From IMG/VR virus record IMGVR_UViG_3300011114_000387, positions 1 to 54,075 of that record: a DNA stretch of 54,075 nucleotides. One strand, 5' to 3'. This DNA is from a virus (taxonomy: Duplodnaviria > Caudoviricetes). The translations under genes and the position numbers were made by a program. Below, piece by piece: positions 1 to 7,900 of this stretch. The notes under the pieces are model-generated. The model was given only the letters and a program-made list of their open reading frames with translations, did not search any database and was not told where the DNA came from. Positions within the stretch are counted from its first letter, which is position 1, and the number at the start of each line of letters is the position of its first letter.

Positions 1-200
1 GGCCAGCACCGGCACGACTTTGTATGTGTAACTGAAGAACGGCAACGCAAAGTCACGGGCCAAACGGGCGCCCGTGGGCAGGTCGTCGTAGGTAAAAATA
101 AATTGCTGCGAATAGTCGACCGCGTCGTCAATATCTAAACCACGTTTACGGGCATCGCGATAAATCAAATAGCGGAAGAACAAATCCTCAGCTTCGTATG
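1..200. repeat. Terminal direct repeat (copy 1); circular-assembly overlap
   Basis: 1-200 equals 53876-54075 except position 74 (G) vs 53949 (T); falls mid-gene and is exactly 200 bp. Confidence 0.95.
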
Positions 201-3200
201 CTTTGCCAGCGGGCTTGCGCAAGAAGAATGACAGGGCATTGAACACACGGTCTGCTGCCATGCCGGTTTTAGACTCACTCATCTGAGCCATGGCTTTGAG
301 TTGTTCTGGCAACTGGTCCATCAACTCAGAACGGTTAAACGTTCCACCAAACAAGCCGGCTTCTTTGGCTTCGTCGACCATGGCGTCGCCCTTGATCAAG
401 TCGCGCACGGCGCCGGCGTACTTACCCGCGTCCCAATAGGACACGCCGGCAAAGTGGGCCATCGTCAAGTTAGACAATACGTTGTTGGCGTGCGAGACTG
501 GATTGAGAACGGTCTTGCCCTCTTTCCACATTGACAAACCTTTGAGGTACATCTTGAGCAAATCGTTTTGCATCGAGCTGTCAAAGGTGCTGAGCTGGTC
601 CATCACTTCTTTGGGCACCCACTTACCACCAAGCTTGCCGTAACGGCGAACGTTTGCGGTGTCTTCAATTGTGGTTGAAGGGACTTTTACATAGCCCGGC
701 TGCTCTGTGCGGCTGGCGTAATTGGCTGCTAGGTTTTCGTACAGACGGCCAAGCGCTAGATCGCGCTGTGACTTGTTGTAGCCCATGACAAAACGGAACA
801 TGGCATCGCGGATCTCGCCCATGTCGTCACGTTCGTCGCGTGTGTAGTCACGCCACATTGTCACGGTGTCGCTGGTCAAGGGGTCGAACGTGGCATCACG
901 AACTTCCCAGCCTAAGTCAAGCCAGTCTTGCACGTCAGCCACCGGCACGTTCTCAAACATACCGCGAGCCTTAAGACTGTTGCCAGTGATCCCCTGCATT
1001 GTGCGGGTGCGGCCCATCAAACTCTTGGCCGCTTTCATCCATGCTTTTGTTTCGTCGCCAATCTTGGACTCGTAGAAACGCGGCAAGTATTTGCCGTCCC
1101 AGCGACCAGCAGCTTCTGGTGTCAACATGCCAAGGCGTACCAGTTCTGCGGTCTGCTCAGACATGATTGATTGCATTGAGGCGGCCAGTTCCAGCACTCG
1201 CTTGGGCGGCTTGACGCCGCGTTTAAGTTCGCCTTCAATGACATCGCTGATCATCTGGCGCTCTTGCTCTGGCAGGTCTTTAAGTTTTTCGGCTACGTTG
1301 ACCGTAAGGTCTTGAGCCTTTTCAACCTCAGTCTTCATTTTGCGCAGCGCCCGGCTAAGCTCTGGGCTGACTGGCTTCATGCCGATTATGTCGAGAACAT
1401 TGTTGGCCACATCGGCCACAGCCCGATAGGCCTTGGCTCCTGCGCCGAAGCGGAAGCGGCCAGTCTCATCACGGCTAAGAATCCAACCCTCGGTCTGACG
1501 GTTGCTGAACATCATGTCAGCCGGGTTTTCTTGGCGCCACTGAGAAGCGGCTAGGACAAAGGCGTCAAAGTCTTTGTCGCCAAACTCGTCGATTGTTTTG
1601 TAGCCAGCCTCTTCGGCCTTCTGTTGCAGAAAGACTTGTTGTTGCTTGGCGTCTTCGGAAAGCTCGCGCTGCTTTACGGAGTATTGCGGCCCGCTAGGCT
1701 CTTGCCCTCTTTCAGCTTCTCGCTGATTGCGCTGGACATTCTGCTCAGCTTTAGTTTGGCCTCCATCTGCGCGGGACTTAAGCGTGTCGAGGGTTGCGTA
1801 GTAGACGCGTTGGCTGATTCGGCCTGCGTCGAATTCTTCTTCTGTTGCATCTTGGAACTTCTCCAGTAAGCCTTCCCTGCTTACGACGGGGAGATCTGCA
1901 ATATCGATCTCTGCATAGTTGCCTGAACCGCGTGAGTTATCAATCACGTGGATTTTGAATAGTGGGTTATTGCCAAACTCTTGTTGCAGTTGGCGGATAA
2001 CTTGGTTGGAACCAGCGTGCGTTTTAACCAGCGACTCAAGGGTCACTGTTCGTCCGTTCTTTGGGTCCATCGCGCGGTTGAACACGCCGTTTACCAACGC
2101 GTCTACCGGCTCGCGGTATACATGAGCAATTATAACAGACTGCTCTTTGTCGAGCGCGGCCTTGATGTTTCGCTTGGCCTTGTCAATGCTGGACAGCGTG
2201 CCGTCAAAGATTGTGTGCGACTCGTTGAGGATAGGCGCAAGCAAGGCTTCGGCTGAAGATTTACCAGCTCCGCCACCGCCAGACATAAACGTGATCACGC
2301 CGCCCGGCTTGGACTCCTCAAGGCGTTGGTCATACAGCATTTGACTGAATGCGCTGGACGCCTCATGCACTTGCGGTGCAAGGCTGCGGTCTGCGCGGTA
2401 CTCGGGGGACAGGTTGCGGATAAGGTCGACGTCAATCTTCTTACCCTTCTCGGTCCCCTCAATCTCGGAGTACTGCCGAACAGCACCGCCAAAGTCAGAC
2501 AAGATAAGCTGCTCAAGTTTGGCATTGATGTCGTTGGCCCCGCGAGGACTAAAAGCGATTGGCGCACCGGTGATGTCTTTGCCATCTTCGCTAAACGTAG
2601 CGTTCTTGGCCAACACCAGAGGGCCGATCTGAATTACCTCATCAGCCTTGAGCACAGGCTGCATGGTGTCACGGTCGTAGAAGTAGCTGTGTCGGAATGG
2701 GTCCATACCGACCTGTGTCCAAGCCGGGTCTTTGATAGCGGCATCAGCCCGAACCTTTGCGGCTTGGTTGCTAATGGGTTTCCACTTGCCAAGCATGGTG
2801 GCAATAGTGCCTTTGCTTGTACCCTGTGCAATTTTGGTTGCTGCCTTTTGGTTCATGCCAAAAGTTACATCGGTCATTGCTGCTACGGATTCGTAGCCAA
2901 TGACAGTGCCTGCGTCGTAGGCTGCTTGCACTTCACGGTTGGTGGACTTGGGTGTGTGAATGCTAACCACCCACGAGTCATGCTCTTGATACGAAGGAAT
3001 GTCCAAACGTAGCTGGGCAAAGTCGCCTTTGGTTAAGGTGTCTGATGGCAGGCCGTACTTGGCTGCCTTCTCTAGGCTTTGACCACGGCCATTGGCCAAG
3101 GCATATTTAGCGTCGGCTGGTGTTGTAAGCGCAGGGACTTTTTCGTACGGATAGACCGGGCGAAGGTTGTCGACCATGGCGTTGTATTCGTCTTGGGTAA

Positions 3201-4473
3201 TCTTGCCTTCTTGCAAGTCGGTGACGGCTTGCTGCAATTCGTCGGTGCGCTTAAAGCGATCAGAGCTGACATTGGATACGCGGCTTGCTGCTGCGTTCTT
3301 TTGTTCGCGGCGGCTAAGGCTAGGCGCAATTACTTTACGGGCTACAATGCCAAGGCCAACATCAAGCTCGGTTGCATATCGAACTGGGTTTTCTACGGGG
3401 TATAAATATTTAACGCCGCCCGGGGCAATGTCAAACTTGGAATCTTTGGGCACCAAAGTTTGATCTCGATATTGATCAAATTGTTTTTGAGTAGTTACTT
3501 TTATAGGCTCGCCAATTGTTACCGCGCCAATTGCTTTAGCAGGGCCGTCGCCAGTTCTAACAATAGCAACTCGTTTTCCTACATAAGGGCGGAGCGAATC
3601 CGAAGCCCTAGTTTCTAAAGTTTTTTGGCCGTCAACAATTTTATCTGCGTATTGATTTTCACCATCTTGATTGACGTTAATCCCAGTGCTTTCAGTTTGT
3701 TCGCGGCGGCTAAGGCTTATGCCTGCGCCAGCAAACGCGTCACGCAGCGCTTTGGCCCCGTCCTCGGTGCCAATGCGATCGAAGTTGCCCTTAAGCGCAG
3801 CCGCTTGTTCATCGGTCATAGGACCTTTGCTCCAAGGTGCTGCGTCTTCTTGCTCCCTTTCAATGGCTGCGGCCGCTTTGCGCACATCGGCCAAAGGAAC
3901 TGTGGCAAGAAGGTCGGCCTCTGTGCCCTCAGTGAATGAGTACCAGTAACCGCCGTAGCGCGCAGGTTGACGACCGGCTTTTGTAACAGCGCCGCCCCCT
4001 ACGGGTTTACCCGCACGCAGCAAGCTGTATTCACCAAAGCCGCCTTCAGGCACTTTGACTTTGTACACGTAGATGGTGTCTGAGTTAACGCCCTCTGATC
4101 CCGCGCCGGTCTCATCATCGTCGATCATAGAGATGTAGCTGGCCAAGCCTTCGACGCTGGCGGCGTTGGTATTTACGAGGCCTTCCATGTTGGCCAAGCG
4201 AATCACGGTAATAGAGTCACCGGGCTTGGCTTCAAAGACATCGGGTTTTTCTGTACGGGGCCAGTCTTTAACCGGCGTTTGTCGGCCGCTAAAGGCTACG
4301 TCAAAAGGAGCGCCCACATCTTCGTCAGCTTTAGGCGCCAGCATTTCTGCTGCACGACTGGGCAGGTATTGTTCAAGCGCGCCTTGAAGAAGAAATTCTT
4401 TAAGTGCGGGTATGCCCTCAACTGTGGTGCTCTTACCGTCAGCACCAGTGAACGTGTATTTACAGGTTGCCAT
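1..4473 (-). CDS. Giant polyvalent internal virion protein B, N-terminal 1491 codons (continues across junction into 53875-52988; total 1786 aa). Domains: unknown, ASCH/PUA, unknown, zeta-toxin-like P-loop kinase, helical region, LPD38-like C-terminus
   Basis: Hand-translated from ATG at 4473 (MATCKYTFTG...) with no stop to base 1, in frame with ORF 52988..54058; motifs GQKTLETR (ASCH) and GGGGAGKS...FDGTL...GRTV...DNS (zeta-like). Confidence 0.9.
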   Translation of the reverse strand, partial: MATCKYTFTGADGKSTTVEGIPALKEFLLQGALEQYLPSRAAEMLAPKADEDVGAPFDVAFSGRQTPVKDWPRTEKPDVFEAKPGDSITVIRLANMEGLVNTNAASVEGLASYISMIDDDETGAGSEGVNSDTIYVYKVKVPEGGFGEYSLLRAGKPVGGGAVTKAGRQPARYGGYWYSFTEGTEADLLATVPLADVRKAAAAIEREQEDAAPWSKGPMTDEQAAALKGNFDRIGTEDGAKALRDAFAGAGISLSRREQTESTGINVNQDGENQYADKIVDGQKTLETRASDSLRPYVGKRVAIVRTGDGPAKAIGAVTIGEPIKVTTQKQFDQYRDQTLVPKDSKFDIAPGGVKYLYPVENPVRYATELDVGLGIVARKVIAPSLSRREQKNAAASRVSNVSSDRFKRTDELQQAVTDLQEGKITQDEYNAMVDNLRPVYPYEKVPALTTPADAKYALANGRGQSLEKAAKYGLPSDTLTKGDFAQLRLDIPSYQEHDSWVVSIHTPKSTNREVQAAYDAGTVIGYESVAAMTDVTFGMNQKAATKIAQGTSKGTIATMLGKWKPISNQAAKVRADAAIKDPAWTQVGMDPFRHSYFYDRDTMQPVLKADEVIQIGPLVLAKNATFSEDGKDITGAPIAFSPRGANDINAKLEQLILSDFGGAVRQYSEIEGTEKGKKIDVDLIRNLSPEYRADRSLAPQVHEASSAFSQMLYDQRLEESKPGGVITFMSGGGGAGKSSAEALLAPILNESHTIFDGTLSSIDKAKRNIKAALDKEQSVIIAHVYREPVDALVNGVFNRAMDPKNGRTVTLESLVKTHAGSNQVIRQLQQEFGNNPLFKIHVIDNSRGSGNYAEIDIADLPVVSREGLLEKFQDATEEEFDAGRISQRVYYATLDTLKSRADGGQTKAEQNVQRNQREAERGQEPSGPQYSVKQRELSEDAKQQQVFLQQKAEEAGYKTIDEFGDKDFDAFVLAASQWRQENPADMMFSNRQTEGWILSRDETGRFRFGAGAKAYRAVADVANNVLDIIGMKPVSPELSRALRKMKTEVEKAQDLTVNVAEKLKDLPEQERQMISDVIEGELKRGVKPPKRVLELAASMQSIMSEQTAELVRLGMLTPEAAGRWDGKYLPRFYESKIGDETKAWMKAAKSLMGRTRTMQGITGNSLKARGMFENVPVADVQDWLDLGWEVRDATFDPLTSDTVTMWRDYTRDERDDMGEIRDAMFRFVMGYNKSQRDLALGRLYENLAANYASRTEQPGYVKVPSTTIEDTANVRRYGKLGGKWVPKEVMDQLSTFDSSMQNDLLKMYLKGLSMWKEGKTVLNPVSHANNVLSNLTMAHFAGVSYWDAGKYAGAVRDLIKGDAMVDEAKEAGLFGGTFNRSELMDQLPEQLKAMAQMSESKTGMAADRVFNALSFFLRKPAGKAYEAEDLFFRYLIYRDARKRGLDIDDAVDYSQQFIFTYDDLPTGARLARDFALPFFSYTYKVVPVLA
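1674..1850 (-). CDS. Candidate nested +1-frame ORF (58 aa, MQQKKNSTQ...RLSPAQMEAKLKLSRMSSAISEKLKEGKSLAGRNTP) at the end of the zeta-like domain
   Basis: GGAG 9 nt before ATG; spans the end of the domain and the R/E/Q/G-rich host linker; stops at the YS linker motif. Confidence 0.45.
   Translation of the reverse strand: MQQKKNSTQAESANASTTQPSTRLSPAQMEAKLKLSRMSSAISEKLKEGKSLAGRNTP
3300..3717. repeat. 22-bp perfect direct repeat TTTGTTCGCGGCGGCTAAGGCT (3300-3321, 3696-3717) flanking an ASCH domain
   Basis: Read directly; 396-nt (132-codon) spacing; each copy encodes SLSRREQ. Confidence 0.9.
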
Positions 4474-4477
4474 GTGG

Positions 4478-4969
4478 TCAGGCTCCCAGCTCCTGATCGA
4501 TCAAGAGCATGCCTGCCTTGTCGCCGTCCACTAACTGGATGCGGGCAAGCAAATCGCCGTACTCGCCAACGCTGGTGCGCTGAAGCTCCAAGAACTGCAG
4601 CAGGAACTGCTGAACCACGGGGTCGCTACTTGCTTGGGAGTAGTAGTCTTTGTAATTTTTGTAAAGCTCAAGCTCGGTTTCATAGGCCAATTCCATGGCG
4701 TCAGAAAACGACTTAACCGAGGCGGTCATAGCCTCAATCATGGGGACCTTAGCTACACAGCCAACGTCGTTTTGAAATTGGGCGTGCAGTTGGTAATGGT
4801 CCAACTCGGCTTCGCTTTCTTTTAAAAAGAATTTCATTGCACCAAGATAACCAAGGCGCTGCACCTGATTGGCAATGTGCTTGTACAGGTTTGAGGCGTA
4901 AAGCTCAGCGTGGATTGCGTCGTCTAGCATGCGCTTGAGGTCGGCAGAAATGATCATTGTTGGTGTCAT
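4478..4969 (-). CDS. Ferritin (non-heme, FtnA-like)
   Basis: 163 aa, ELYASNLY / FF..ESEAELDH / AYETE / QFL..FLELQ / LLIDQEL pattern of bacterial ferritins. Confidence 0.85.
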   Translation of the reverse strand: MTPTMIISADLKRMLDDAIHAELYASNLYKHIANQVQRLGYLGAMKFFLKESEAELDHYQLHAQFQNDVGCVAKVPMIEAMTASVKSFSDAMELAYETELELYKNYKDYYSQASSDPVVQQFLLQFLELQRTSVGEYGDLLARIQLVDGDKAGMLLIDQELGA

Positions 4970-4978
4970 GGTAAACCC

Positions 4979-7900
4979 TTATTTGCAATTGATTTCAACT
5001 AAGCCAGCGGTGTCCAGCTCGTCAAGGATGTCGAGGAAATTATCCTGCATGTATTGGATCTGAGCCGCATCTGACCGCCGCGCAATCACAGCCTCCGTGT
5101 TGGCCTTGGCCAATCCGCGCTTTTCTAATCCGGCGAAGATGTCTTTGAGGGAGATGCGGTTTCCGATGAAAGTTTCCCGCTCTTCTCCTTGGATCGGGCC
5201 AGCTGGCCCGCTCGGCTGGCCAGCCTGCTTATTTGTTCCCGCGACCGACTCGCCAGCCACTTGTCGTGTTGGTCTTGGTCCAGATTCGGCTGCTGTGCTG
5301 ATTCGTTTTCCATCAAAACCTTCTTTCGTAAGTAGTAATTCTGCCGCACCTGCGTAGTCTTGGCTAGTCACTTGCAGATCAACGCCCAGCTTTTTGTACA
5401 GCTCTTGTTCTGGATACCAGATCAAAGCCTGCAAAGCGGCCGGGGGTACGCGCTTGCCGGTTTGCTCTTCAACCAAAGTCACCAACTGACGGGTTACGTC
5501 ACGTAGACGCTGGCGTTCACCGCCGCTAGAGGGGGAGTCGGTAGGCTTGTCAGCCGATTTAATAATCCCGTTAGACGCACCTACCAAAGCGGTTTTAACG
5601 CGGGCGCCTGAGTCAAACGCAGCCCGCTCTTTGATAAATTGCCGGTTGTGTAGGCTGTATATTTTACGCGCCAAAGCAATTGCGCCCTCGTCGGTTTGTT
5701 GCGCAGCGGCAACATCTTCCGGCTTAAAGTCTGCGGCATAAAGGCCCCGGCTTGAATCGCCGGTCTCAGCCAAAGCGGCGCGCAGCTTGGCCACTTGCTT
5801 GGGAAACAGGACTGGGTCAAACGCTGGCAGCGTACCGCTAAGGCGGCCGATGGTGCGCATGAACCACATGTCCATGGTAATTGGTTCGAAGTTGCCGGTG
5901 AGATTACTGTAAAAGCCGAAGCCAATCTTGGGGCCAAAGATGGCCGAGCCAAGCATCTTCTCATCCATCGACTCAGAGCCAATTGGAAAACCAATAGATT
6001 CCAGCTCACGTTTGGTGAACTCAGTTTGCAAAAAGCGGCGCAGAAGATCCGGCCCCATATCGGCCATCACATCGTTGGCCAATGCAAAGTTCTTAGCCAT
6101 GGCCGGCGCAGATTTGCCTTTGCCGACTTCAGGGAATTTGCCTGTTGCGCGGAAGGCTTCGTATTGACTAGACGCGTAAGTCAGGTTGGCTTCCACGTTC
6201 ATTGTCTGAGAGGCGATGGCAACGGCCATCAAGAAAGCATTGCGTGCGTTCGGGTCCGTGTCCAACTCTGGGTATTTGACAGCCATGATGCGTAGCGTTT
6301 TAGCTACGGTCTCGTCGTACCATTCAACGGCATTGCCGGCGCTGCGGATTGCGCCAACAGCTTCAGCTGCCAACATGCGCGCCAGTGTGCTGCGGTCCTC
6401 GTCTTTGTTGATGTCAAGGGTCGGCATGCCTGAATCGCGGTATCGCTGATCCAGCCATTGAATGGTTTCTGGAATGCCGCCAATGTTGGGGGCGCGGAAG
6501 GTTTTGCCTTTCACACCGCCCAACATTAGGGGCAGAGCACTGGCGTTGTACTCTGCTTGGGAAAGACCGAAGGCGTCTGCAACAGAGCGATAAACGCCTG
6601 TGTCTATTTTGCGCCCGCCGGTACTTTCATCTTTCGCGAGTTCGGCTTCGATGGCGGCGCTGGCTTCTTCGCGGATGCGACGAGCCTCTGTCCGTTTTGC
6701 AAGAAGCTCGGGAGACCCTGTTCCCTCTTGACCATAGTCATACTCCTCTTTGGAGGGGAAGGCCATCTGGCCATCCCCGGTTTTTAAAATAAAGTTTTCC
6801 GGGCGATTGCCAAGAACGCTTTCTATTTTTGATGCAAGGTCGTCCATACTAGCAGAAGGAACGGCCAAAACCATCTCTTGCCCAACCGTTGTGTGGCCGC
6901 TGATGTTTTCTGGCGACACCTGCCGCAAGTCTTGATAAACGGCGTCGACTGATTTTTGATCGACCATGTTTTCTGGCAACGTGATCGTGATCAAACCGAT
7001 AGGTGATGAACCTTCAAAAGGTTTGGAATCCAAAACCATCATGCTGTCTTGAGCTAAACCAAACCCGCCTAACCGAGCAACATCCATGAGCTGCTGAGCA
7101 GATGCCGTGCTTGAAACAAGCGCAGCAAACGAAGGACTTGTTTTTTCAAGATAGCCGCCCAACTGCGGGGTCATCTTAGCCCTAACGCCGGCGAGCTTAA
7201 ACACTTGAGGCATGATCTTCTCAGCAACCCTTTGGCTGATTTCAATCTTGCGTTCAAAAGGCACTGCGTCCCAACGAGCGGTAAGCTCGGTATTGTTAGG
7301 ATCGGGGGCGACCTCAAACATAACCCTAGCGGGTGCTGTTTTCTTGCTGAACCTGACGTCACTGCCGATGCGTTCCAACTCTACGTTGGCTGCGTCGCGT
7401 GAAGTGGCGGGGATCTCCAGATTGCCAGCAGCAACGCGAGCACCCGGTACACGGGAAGCCTTGATGGCGGCCAACTCTTTGGAAAGAAGCCCCTTCTTCA
7501 GCGTTGTGGGTTCGGCTGGTGTAGGGGCTGGGGCACCGGCCACGCGACCCAAAGATCTTACGGGTACGGCAGAGTGGCGCGGGCCCAGCAACACGACGGC
7601 TGACTGGTTGTTCCCAAAGGGGGCCAGATAGCCGTCAAATCCGGCGTTGATTACAGCTGACTCAAAGGCATTGAAGCTGCCCTTTGGTGGAATCAGTTTT
7701 GTTTCGGGGTCGTAGATGTTGTTGAGCTTGGCTTCGTGGGCGATACCTCCGACTCCTGCTTCTGGTCTGACGCCGGAGCCTTGGTCAACATAGAAATAAA
7801 CGCGGTTTTTGAGGCGAGGATCTGGGCTACTGTCCAGCCGATCGCGCTCTGCACCTTTGAGGCCAGTCCCATAATAAGCTCCATTTAACGAGGTACGAGG

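Noticed and set aside
1-200. Physical terminal repeat as in T7
   Set aside because: Round 200-bp length and mid-gene position point to assembly overlap
2295-2585. Another nested +1 ORF (96 aa)
   Set aside because: No SD; S/T/R/C-rich shadow composition over the conserved zeta core; shows the background rate of open +1 frames
301-4716. Plus-strand ORFs (e.g. 2326..3012) as the real genes
   Set aside because: Antisense shadows of the continuous minus-strand giant ORF and ferritin; no protein-like motifs
7693-7884. Nested 63-aa ORF directly after the 54-aa one
   Set aside because: No SD, overlaps the ART core, shadow-like composition
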